DNA of 64,000 nucleotides from Macrostomum hystrix (taxonomy: Eukaryota; Animalia; Platyhelminthes): assembly GCA_950097015.1 (NCBI GenBank), contig CATNEN010000013.1:310001-374000 (forward strand). The letters run 5' to 3'. The notes under the pieces are model-generated. The model was given only the letters and a program-made list of their open reading frames with translations, made no database searches and was not told the DNA's origin. Shown in pieces: positions 50,380 to 61,169 of the stretch (positions are counted from its first letter, which is position 1; the number at the start of each line of letters is the position of its first letter). Both the position numbers and the translations under genes were made by a program.

Positions 50380-51845
50380 TGTCTCTGTCTCTCAGGTTCT
50401 GTCTCTGATTCTGTCTCTCTCAGGTTCTGTCTCTGATTCTGTCTCTCTCAGGTTCTGTCTCTGATTCTGTCTCTCTCAGGTTCTGTCTCTGATTCTGTCT
50501 CTTTCAGGTTCTGTCTCCGATTCTGTCTCTCTCAGGTTCTGTCTCTGATTCTGTCTCTCTCAGGTTCTGTCTCTGATTCTGTCTCTCTCAGGTTCTGTCT
50601 CTGATTCTGTCTCTCTCAGGTTCTGTCTCTGATTCTGTCTCTGATTCTGTCTCTCTCAGGTTCTGTCTCTGATTCTGTCTCTCTCAGGTTCTGTCTCTCT
50701 GATTCTGTCTCTCTGATTCTGTCTCTCTCAGGTTCTGTCTCTCTGATTCTGTCTCTCTCAGGTTCTGTCTCTGATTCTGTCTCTCTGATTCTGTCTCTCT
50801 GATTCTGTCTCTCTCAGGTTCTGTCTCTGATTCTGTCTCTCTGATTCTGTCTCTCTCAGGTTCTGTCTCTCTGATTCTGTCTCTCTCAGGTTCTGTCTCT
50901 GATTCTGTCTCTCTGATTCTGTCTCTCTGATTCTGTCTCTCTCAGGTTCTGTCTCTGATTCTGTCTCTCTGATTCTGTCTCTCTCAGGTTCTGTCTCTGA
51001 TTCTGTCTCTGATTCTGTCTCTCTCAGGTTCTGTCTCTCTGATTCTGTCTCTCTCAGGTTCTGTCTCTCTGATTCTGTCTCTCTCAGGTTCTGTCTCTCT
51101 GATTCTGTCTCTCTCAGGTTCTGTCTCTGATTCTGTCTCTCTCAGGTTCTGTCTCTCTGATTCTGTCTCTGATTCTGTCTCTCTCAGGTTCTGTCTCTCT
51201 GATTCTGTCTCTCTGATTCTGTCTCTCTCAGGTTCTGTCTCACTGATTCTGTCTCTCTCAGGTTCTGTCTCTGATTCTGTCTCTCTGATTCTGTCTCTCT
51301 GATTCTGTCTCTCTCAGGTTCTGTCTCTGATTCTGTCTCTCTGATTCTGTCTCTCTCAGGTTCTGTCTCTCTGATTCTGTCTCTCTCAGGTTCTGTCTCT
51401 GATTCTGTCTCTCTGATTCTGTCTCTCTGATTCTGTCTCTCTCAGGTTCTGTCTCTGATTCTGTCTCTCTGATTCTGTCTCTCTCAGGTTCTGTCTCTGA
51501 TTCTGTCTCTGATTCTGTCTCTCTCAGGTTCTGTCTCTCTGATTCTGTCTCTCTCAGGTTCTGTCTCTCTGATTCTGTCTCTCTCAGGTTCTGTCTCTCT
51601 GATTCTGTCTCTCTCAGGTTCTGTCTCTCTGATTCTGTCTCTCTCAGGTTCTGTCTCTGATTCTGTCTCTCTCAGGTTCTGTCTCTCTGATTCTGTCTCT
51701 GATTCTGTCTCTCTCAGGTTCTGTCTCTCTGATTCTGTCTCTGATTCTGTCTCTCTCAGGTTCTGTCTCTCTGATTCTGTCTCTCTGATTCTGTCTCTCT
51801 CAGGTTCTGTCTCTCTGATTCTGTCTCTCTGATTCTGTCTCTCTA
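50380..51845. repeat. Pyrimidine-rich compound minisatellite of TCTCTCTCAGGTTCTG and TCTCT(CT)GATTCTG modules
   Basis: Seen directly; 12-16-bp modules in irregular order. Confidence 0.96.
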
Positions 51846-52447
51846 GGAGCAACAAAGCAGTGCTCCTAGATCTTTTAGGAGCAGTCTAGAAGCTGAAATG
51901 GTTAGACGCGAAAACTCTTTTGATAACTGCCGCCCAGTACTGTTTTGAATAGTATCTAGCAGCAGTTTTAGTGTTTAGTGCAAGTTCTCCTAACCGGTTC
52001 GATCTACTTCCAACCGTCTCAAACTGGTCTAACCCTTGGCCCACCAAACACCCACCCCACACCCGTGACTTGCTTGCGCCTTTAATGCAACCTTCCTATA
52101 TTCTGTGCTCGAAAATTGTGCCAGCTTCATATTAGAGCTATTCTCATTGTCCGTCACTCGACTTTTTGTTCCTATGTCCATCTGTTTCTCAGCCACTCAA
52201 CCCCGAATGCTCGCCGAGGCAGACAGTGAAATATTCGCCAACCAAGTTTTTCTCTAGCCAATCTGCATCACTCAGGTGACTCTCTTGTCTCTCTCTCTAT
52301 TTGCTATCACTTTTAAATTTCTGGAATGTTAATCTGTCTGTTTCTCAGTGGCAGACTAAACACTGATATAAATAGAGGTCAAATGAATTGTTTCTTCTAA
52401 GCCTATCTATTCCCAGGTTTAGGTAAATTGATTTCATTGGCAACAGT

Positions 52448-55400
52448 ATGGGTCTGGAAGAGAGCAGGCCTTCTGTTACCGGCTCCGCGTGCTCTGGCAG
52501 AGGCTCTTCGACCGATTGCGGCAACTGCGTCTGGGGACCAAGACCTGTGCGGAGGCGCTGCCTGCCCTGGGCAACCGTGCAGCAGTGCAGCCTGCGAGAT
52601 TGGACAGCCCGGCTGCACGGTAGGAGTGACGCATCGGCGTGGCACTGCTATGGGTTGGAGCCATGGGTCACCGGAGTGGCACTGCTATGGGTTGGAGCCA
52701 TGGGTCACCGGAGTGGCACTGCTATGGGTTGGAGCCATGGGTCACCGGAGTGGCACTGATATGGGTTGGAGCCATGGGTCACCGGAGTGGCACTGATATG
52801 GGTTGGAGCCATGGGTCACCGGAGTGGCACTGATATGGGTTGGAGCCATGGGTCACCGGTGTGGCACTGCTATGGGTTGGAGCCATGGGTCACCGGAGTG
52901 GCACTGCTTTTGGTTGGAGCCATGGGTCACCGGAGTGGCACTGATATGGGTTGGAGCCATGGGTCACCGGAGTGGCACTGCTATGGGTTGGAGCCATGGG
53001 TCACCGGAGTGGCACTGCTATGGGTTGGAGCCATGGGTCACCGGAGTGGCACTGATATGGGTTGGAGCCATGGGTCACCGGAGTGGCACTGATATGGGTT
53101 GGAGCCATGGGTCACCGGAGTGGCACTGCTTTTGGTTGGAGCCATGGGTCACCGGAGTGGCACTGCTATGGGTTGGAGCCATGGGTCACCGGAGTGGCAC
53201 TGCTATGGGTTGGAGCCATGGGTCACCGGAGTGGCACTGATATGGGTTGGAGCCATGGGTCACCGGAGTGGCACTGATATGGGTTGGAGCCATGGGTCAC
53301 CGGTGTGGCACTGCTATGGGTTGGAGCCATGGGTCACCGGTGTGGCACTGCTATGGGTTGGAGCCATGGGTCACCGGAGTGGCACTGATATGGGTTGGAG
53401 CCATGGGTCACCGGAGTGGCACTGATATGGGTTGGAGCCATGGGTCACCGGTGTGGCACTGCTATGGGTTGGAGCCATGGGTCACCGGAGTGGCACTGAT
53501 ATGGGTTGGAGCCATGGGTCACCGGAGTGGCACTGATATGGGTTGGAGCCATGGGTCACCGGAGTGGCACTGATATGGGTTGGAGCCATGGGTCACCGGA
53601 GTGGCACTGATATGGGTTGGAGCCATGGGTCACCGGAGTGGCACTGCTATGGGTTGGAGCCATGGGTCACCGGAGTGGCACTGATATGGGTTGGAGCCAT
53701 GGGTCACCGGAGTGGCACTGCTATGGGTTGGAGCCATGGGTCACCGGAGTGGCACTGCTATGGGTTGGAGCCATGGGTCACCGGAGTGGCACTGATATGG
53801 GTTGGAGCCATGGGTCACCGGAGTGGCACTGATATGGGTTGCACTGATATGGGTTGGAGCCATGGGTCACCGGAGTGGCACTGATATGGGTTGGAGCCAT
53901 GGGTCACCGGAGTGGCACTGATATGGGTTGGAGCCATGGGTCACCGGAGTGGCACTGCTATGGGTTGGAGCCATGGGTCACCGGTGTGGCACTGCTATGG
54001 GTTGGAGCCATGGGTCACCGGAGTGGCACTGATATGGGTTGGAGCCATGGGTCACCGGAGTGGCACTGATATGGGTTGGAGCCATGGGTCACCGGAGTGG
54101 CACTGATATGGGTTGGAGCCATGGGTCACCGGAGTGGCACTGATATGGGTTGGAGCCATGGGTCACCGGAGTGGCACTGCTATGGGTTGGAGCCATGGGT
54201 CACCGGAGTGGCACTGATATGGGTTGGAGCCATGGGTCACCGGAGTGGCACTGCTATGGGTTGGAGCCATGGGTCACCGGAGTGGCACTGCTATGGGTTG
54301 GAGCCATGGGTCACCGGAGTGGCACTGATATGGGTTGGAGCCATGGGTCACCGGAGTGGCACTGATATGGGTTGCACTGATATGGGTTGGAGCCATGGGT
54401 CACCGGAGTGGCACTGATATGGGTTGGAGCCATGGGTCACCGGAGTGGCACTGATATGGGTTGGAGCCATGGGTCACCGGAGTGGCACTGCTATGGGTTG
54501 GAGCCATGGGTCACCGGTGTGGCACTGCTATGGGTTGGAGCCATGGGTCACCGGAGTGGCACTGATATGGGTTGGAGCCATGGGTCACCGGCGTGGCAGT
54601 GTTGGGTTGGGTTGGGTTGGAGCCATTGTGACAGGGGTAGATCAGTGTGATACAGGAGTAGACCAGTGTGACACAGGAGTAGACCAGTATGACACAGGAG
54701 TAGACCAGTATGACACAGGAGTAGACCAGTGTGACACAGGAGTAGACCAGTATGACACAGGAGTAGACCAGTGTGACACAGGAGTAGACCAGTGTGACAC
54801 AGGAGTAGACCAGTGTGACACAGGAGTAGATTATAGTGACACACTGTTGTAAAAAATCTCCAAAATATCTAATTGCATTTCGGCAGACGGACTCAATTTT
54901 GATCAGCACGGGCTCACCTGTTCTTCCCGGCTATACTGCGACTGCTCACCTGGTTTCTGCGTGCAGCAGCAGAGCCTGATCCCGGTCTCCAAGAAGCAGC
55001 TGGCCCATTGTCCTGACGTCGGCCCCATCTCAGTGTGCACCGTGAGGCCGCTTAAGAGAGCGAAGTTCTCTAAAATGGCCCAACACCTGGAGTACAATCA
55101 CATTCCAGCGTCACTGTCCTCTATTCAGGTAGCGGCGTCGATCGATGGTAGAGTTAAAAGTACAAATATGCTTTCAAATTGCCATAAAAGTATGCATTTG
55201 CATCGGGAGACTGTAGCCCAGAGGCTAGAGAGTCGGATCTCTGGCCGAGAGGTCGGCAGTTCGAATCGCAGTCAAACGGAGGCAATAACGTGTCATTGAG
55301 CAAGGCACTTAATTCCCAAGCATAGCAGTTGTTGAAATTAGGGGTGGAAACTAGGGTGAGTGTGCCGGCCTTCATATTGAAAGGAATGAACAGCTGTACG

Positions 55401-58400
55401 CAGCCTTCTTCGTACAGGTGTAATTTCTATCTCTGTATTCTCTTCTGTGTAATTCTTTTAAGCCATTCTTTTATATTCAATTCGTGTGCTTCTTATAAGC
55501 GGAGGCTGTAAATGGACAATTAAAGCATTTAAATAAGCGTCAATCGCTTTATTTATTTTCATGCTGAATATTTCTACAATTCTACTACTCAGTAGTACAG
55601 TGCGCTCAATAAGACCGAAATGATCCTGATTGCGCAGAAATTCCGTGTGAAATCGGTGCTGTGCCACCGGGGCAGCCTGATGGTGCTGCACCTCGTGCGC
55701 AACATGTCCTCTCAGTTCGGCATTGTGGACTTCAGCAACAACAAATTCTTGGGCATCTTCGCCAAGCAGCCTCTGGAGTTTCCCGTCGAGTCTGTCAGGG
55801 CCAAGATCGCCCCGGATGAGGCTCACTGCCTCCTGCTAATGCCGTCGGTTCAGCACCGGCATCACAGGCTGGCCGTGCTAATGCTGTGCGACCTGCGCAC
55901 AAAGGAAGTGCTGTCCGAGGTGTGTGCATGGATATTTTATATTCAACCCGATCAAAACTGTGCATCTTGGAATGCACTATTAAAAGATAGAAACACTTTA
56001 GTAGCGGTTAAAACACGTTAGTAACGATTAGAGCACGTTAGTAACAATTAGAACACGCTAGTAACGATTAGAACACGTTAGTAACGATTAGAACACGTTA
56101 GTAACGATTAGAACACGTTAGTAACGATTAGAACACGTTAGTAACGATTAGAACACGTTAGTAACGATTAAAACATGTTAGTAACGATTAAAACACGTTA
56201 GTAACGATTAGAACAAGTTAGTAACGATTAGAACACGTTAGTAACGATTAGAACACGTTATTAACGATTAGAACACGTTAGTAGCGATAAGAACACGTTA
56301 GTAACGATTAGAACACGTTAGTAACGATTAGAACACGTTAGTAACGATTCGAACAATTTAGTAACGATTTTAACAAGTAAATAACAGTTAGAACACGTTA
56401 AAAATGATTAGAAGACGTTAGTAACGATTAGAACGCGTTAAAACGATTAGAAAAGTGTTATTAACGGTTAGAACATGTTAGTAACGATTAGAATGCGTTT
56501 CTAACGATTAAAACAAGTCTATAACGATTTCAACAAGATAGTTACGATTAGAACACGTTTCTAACGTTTTAATCGCGTTAGTAATGATTCGTTCACGGTA
56601 GCAACGATTAGATTTCGTTGGTTGGTAACGATTAGAACCTTTAAAAATGTTTAGAACACGTTATTTACGATTTGAACACGTTATTAATGATTAGAAGACG
56701 TTAGTAATGATTATAACACGTTAGTAACGATTAGAACACGTTTGGTAACCATTACGTTACGTTGGTATAAATTAGAACTCGTAAGTAACGTTTATTACGT
56801 TTCTTTATCGAATAAAAACTTCTTAAACGATAAAATCGCGCAAATAACGATTAGAATTCGTTAGTATTGACTCGATCCTTTCTTTAAATATGTAAATTTT
56901 AAGACACATCACTAATTACTAGTTGTATAACGCGTTTCGGGTGACTCATACGCTTCCTTAACGATTTCTCTGTAACGTATGTGCTGAACCGCTTCTGGAT
57001 TGGTTAATACGTTTCTAATACGATGTGAATCGCTCGAACTGCCAGGTGACTCTCCAGGGCGGCCTCAGCGCGAGCTGCCACTTCGCCTTCGACCCGCGTT
57101 TCACCTGCTACCGTGTGGCCGTGACCGTCGGAGCGCACCTGGTTGGCGAGCCGGACGAAGCCATGCAGCCCCAGCAGCCTCAGCAGCCGCCTGTCAACAT
57201 CGGCTCGCAGCTGAGCCTGCTGGACTGTCGCACCAGCTCCTGGCGTCGGCTGCGCTCCGGCCAGCTGGTCGGGCCCGGCCTGCGACCTCGGCGGCTCCAG
57301 TACAGCCGGGCCGGCCACCTCCTACTGGCCGTGACCGTCGACAACTCGACCAGCGACGAAAACGACGACGACAATAATAATAACAACAACCGCGACGCCG
57401 GTGTCGTTGGAAGATGTCGCTGCGCTGGTGACCTTCGCCGACAGCCGCTGGCCTGCCAGCTGGTGCTGCTGGACTCTGACAGTCTGGCCCGGCTGCGGCG
57501 GATACCGTACTTTCGCCTGGCCTGCCCGCTGCACAGCTGTCCGGCCAGCTACAGCCCGGTCATGTCCCGCTGCGGCTCTCGACTGGCTCTGGCTGTCAGC
57601 CTGCCAGGTGGCCGCACCGAGGTGGTCGTCCGGCAGCTGCCGCAGCCTCCATCGTTGAGGGCCATGGCCAGGGAGGTTGTGCTGCAGGTAAGCTCAGCAT
57701 TGGCTATTTTATGTGTGATCCTCTCCCGTGTGATCCTCTCCCGTGTGATCCTCTCCCGTGTGATCCTCCCGTGTGATCCTCTCCCGTGTGATCCTCTCCC
57801 GTGTGATCCTCTCCCGTGTGATCCTCCCGTGTGATCCTCTCCCGTGTGATCCTCTCCCGTGTGATCCTCTCCCGTGTGATCCTCTCCCGTGTGATCCTCT
57901 CCCGTGTGATCCTCTCCCGTGTGATCCTCTCCCGTGTGATCCTCTCCCGTGTGATCCTCTCCCGTGTGATCCTCTCCCGTGTGATCCTCTCCCGTGTGAT
58001 CCTCTCCAGTGTGATCCTCTCCCGTCTGATCCTCTCCCGTGTGATCCTCTCCCATCTGATCCTCTCCCGTCTGATCCTCTCCCGTGTGATCCTCTCCCGT
58101 GTGATCCTCTCCCGTGTGATCCTCTCCCGTGTGATCCTCTCCCGTGTGATCCTCTCCCGTGTGATCCTCTCCAGTGTGATCCTCTCCCGTCTGATCCTCT
58201 CCCGTGTGATCCTCTCCCATCTGATCCTCTCCCGTCTGATCCTCTCCCGTGTGATCCTCTCCCGTGTGATCCTCTCCCGTGTGATCCTCTCCCGTGTGAT
58301 CCTCTCCCGTGTGATCCTCTCCCGTGTGATCCTCTCCAGTGTGATCCTCTCCCGTCTGATCCTCTCCCGTGTGATCCTCTCCCGTGTGATCCTCTCCCGT

Positions 58401-59097
58401 GTGATCCTCTCCAGTGTGATCCTCTCCCGTCTGATCCTCTCCCGTGTGATCCTCTCCCATCTGATCCTCTCCCGTCTGATCCTCTCCCGTGTGATCCTCT
58501 CCCGTGTGATCCTCTCCCGTGTGATCCTCTCCCGTGTGATCCTCTCCCGTGTGATCCTCTCCCGTGTGATCCTCTCCAGTGTGATCCTCTCCCGTCTGAT
58601 CCTCTCCCGTGTGATCCTCTCCCATCTGATCCTCTCCCGTCTGATCCTCTCCCGTGTGATCCTCTCCCGTGTGATCCTCTCCCATCTGATCCTCTCCCAT
58701 CTGATCCTCTCCCATGTGTTTCTCTCGGATGAGAATACTATTTTATGTGATCCTTTATACTTTATAGTCTGGTCTTATTTATTCACCGGTTGTCCTGTTT
58801 TGATCAAAAGGTTAAATTTTTCTTAGTTTTAAATAAACTTCTGCTAAAGTTTCTGGGCTTTAAAGTAAGCTTAGAATTTAAATTCCAAGTTATACTGATT
58901 ACAAAACAGTAAGCTAGCGATATTAATCCTATGGCCATTGACATCAACACCACCCAAACAATGCGCAGCTTTGGTCCGACCGGGTCCTTAGCGAACAGCT
59001 AACACTGCCTAAATCTCTGATGGCTTATCTGCGATTCAATCCTGAGTTTTCCTGCTCCGGCACCTGCCTGCTGTGGCCGGAAGCACAGTGCTGCTGA
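52448..59097 (+). CDS. SOCS-box protein with probable beta-rich (propeller-like) body, about 502 aa; exons 52448-52619, 54887-55128, 55596-55919, 57046-57687, 58969-59097
   Basis: Split SOCS box VRQLPQPPSLRAMAREVVLQ | LWSDRVLSEQLTLPKSLMAYL. Phases 1/0/0/0 are consistent if the TAG acceptor at 55593-55595 is used. The start and the first two exons are less certain. Confidence 0.72.
52638..54595. repeat. 37-bp minisatellite (GGCACTGCTATGGGTTGGAGCCATGGGTCACCGGAGT)n in SOCS gene intron 1
   Basis: Direct periodicity; source of all EPWVTGVAL ORFs. Confidence 0.98.
54625..54840. repeat. 21-bp minisatellite (GACACAGGAGTAGACCAGTGT)n
   Basis: Direct periodicity. Confidence 0.95.
55204..55430 (+). mobile_element. 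tRNA-derived SINE, family B-related, in SOCS gene intron 2
   Basis: A/B-box head (TGTAGCCCAGAGG..GCAGTTCGAATC), CORE-like GTGTCATTGAGCAAGGCACTTAA, and TGAACAGCTGTACGCAGCCTTC shared with family B. Confidence 0.7.
56015..56870. repeat. 20-bp minisatellite (TTAGAACACGTTAGTAACGA)n in SOCS gene intron 3, decaying rightwards
   Basis: Near-perfect at 56020-56340, progressively degenerate to about 56870. Confidence 0.94.
57712..58716. repeat. 15-bp minisatellite (GTGTGATCCTCTCCC)n in SOCS gene intron 4
   Basis: Direct periodicity; source of the GEDHT/CDPLP/VILSR ORFs. Confidence 0.98.
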
Positions 59098-59862
59098 AGC
59101 GAGCCAAATCCACACTGAAGCGAGCCAAATCCACACTGAAGCGAGCCAAATCCATACTGAAGCGAGCCAAATCCACACTGAAGCGAACCAAATCCACACT
59201 GAAGCGAGCCAAATCCATACTGAAGCGAGCCAAATCCATACTGAAGCGAGCCAAATCCACACTGAAGCGAGCCAAATCCACACTGAAGCGAGCCAAATCC
59301 ACACTGAAGCGAGCCAAATCCACACTGAAGCGAACCAAATCCATACTGAAGCGAGCCAAATCCATACTGAAGCGAGTCAAATCCACACTGAAGCGAGTCA
59401 AATCCACACTGAAGCGAGCCAAATCCATACTGAAGCGAGCCAAATCCATACTGAAGCGAGCCAAATCCACACTGAAGCGAGCCAAATCCATACTGAAGCG
59501 AGTCAAATCCACACTGAAGCGAGCCAAATCCACACTGAAGCGAGCCAGATCTATACTGAAGCGAGCCAAATCCATACTGAAGCGAGCCAAATCCACACTG
59601 AAGCGAGCCAAATCCACACTGAAGCGAGCCAGATCTATACTGAAGCGAGCCAAATCCATACTGAAGCGAGCCAAATCCACACTGAAGCGAGCCAGATCTA
59701 TACTGAAGCGAACCAAATCCATACTGAAGCGAGTCAAATCCACACTGAAGCGAGCCAAATCCACACTGAAGCGAGCCAGATCTATACTGAAGCGAACCAA
59801 ATCCATACTGAAGCGAGTCAAATCCACACTGAAGCGAGCCAAATCCATACTGAAGCGAACCA
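59094..59862. repeat. 21-bp minisatellite (CTGAAGCGAGCCAAATCCACA)n beginning at the SOCS gene stop codon
   Basis: The first unit's TGA (59095-59097) is the predicted stop codon. Confidence 0.97.
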
Positions 59863-60447
59863 GTTAGTGTTAAGTTAGTGTTAGTGTTTACACTTACTTA
59901 ATTTATATAGCCCAAAATCAGTATCGTCTAATGCAATCAGATTTTTCTGATATTCATTCATCAGAGAAGGTACTTCGGAGCTAAGAGAAGATTCGTGTTT
60001 TGTGAAACAGATTTTATTCTTTTTGTTTAAAAAATCTGGAAAACTTTTACTATAAGATTTGCATCGAGCTTTTTAAGCTCTACTATTCGGTTTAATACAA
60101 TTATCCAAGCTTTAGTAATTTCCAGCGACAGTATTACGAGCTACTATTAGTAATCACACTCGCATGTCTATATTCAAGCATTCTATTTAGTGTCCCGATG
60201 TGCATAACTTACTAGATGTATAATTGCTTTCCAAGACTCACTATTTCCATTATAAAATATACCTGTAACATTAAATATTTATAATATAACCATATGCCAA
60301 GAGTTCTATTCCTGTCTGACGCCTCAGTTGCCGCCGTGCCACGGATCCTGACTGCGCAGCAGTACCTCGATGGCGTCGAATGAGTCAGGACCCTGCAAAT
60401 CAGCGCTTGCTTCATTAACAGTAGAAGACCAGTATGGGTATTTCAAA

Positions 60448-60837
60448 GGGGGGTCGGTGGCAGAGCGGTTAACGCGTTTGCCTCTCGCACCAAGGTCCCT
60501 AAGTTCGATTCCACGGCGAGGCCACATTTATTTGGGGCGCAGCCGCGGAGAGAAGGCTTGGGGGCTTGTCGTGCAATTTACGCCCTTGAGTGCCAACCTC
60601 CAAGGCACAGTGAAGTGTACACTGCCTGACGATGAGAAAGTCAGGGCAGATGTACACACCTGTGTGAGCGTATGCCTGCGTACAGTATCCGAATGCGTGT
60701 GTGCTCAGGAGTCAGCGAAATGGGCAGAATTGCCTCCTCGCTGGCTGCGGGTCTAGTGTCACTAAATGATGAGCCATTGCCCGCAGCCCTCCTGCAATTA
60801 TTATTATTATTTTATTTATTATTATTGCTATTATTAC
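60448..60837 (+). mobile_element. Full-length tRNA-derived SINE, family A
   Basis: A box GGTGGCAGAGCGG, B box AAGTTCGATTCC, (ATT)n tail, and a 15-bp TSD TATGGGTATTTC(A/C)AA at 60433-60447 and 60838-60852. Confidence 0.92.
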
Positions 60838-61169
60838 TATGGGTATTTCCAATGTCCACATTTTTCTTGTTTCTGTGTTTCCCAAAATATTCAAACAATC
60901 GCCATAAAAATGCAGGACACGGGCTCAAATTTTCCGCTCTATCCGATGAAACAGCTTCCAGAATCCCAAAACATCTGCATCGTCGGGATATTCAACGATT
61001 CTCGTCGAGGTGTCTGGTGGCATAAACATCAATACAGACACCATTTTTCTGCTCACAAAAATTTCATCATGTAATCATGTGGGCTATTATTGTTGACTAT
61101 TATGGTAACTTATTTTATTTTTAAGCCAACTATTCCTAATTTCGCTATGAAGGTTTATACAGAGCAAAG

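Noticed and set aside
52639-54909. Cluster of EPWVTGVAL ORFs
   Set aside because: Stop-poor 37-bp and 21-bp repeats inside an intron.
57549-59867. GEDHT, CDPLP, VILSR, LKRAKST and DLARFS long ORFs
   Set aside because: 15- and 21-bp repeats with unit lengths divisible by three.
60324-60430. Possible extra minus-strand exon (..DLQGPDSFDAIEVLL..)
   Set aside because: No convincing acceptor; could be 3' UTR or intergenic.
60448-60525. tRNA gene (also at 25082 and 55204)
   Set aside because: A and B boxes are present but there is no complete cloverleaf or oligo-T terminator; each continues into a SINE body and tail.
60720-60790. Canonical HDV-like ribozyme
   Set aside because: No upstream P1 strand, no GG for P1.1, no clear J4/2. 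Kept only as a structured-RNA finding.
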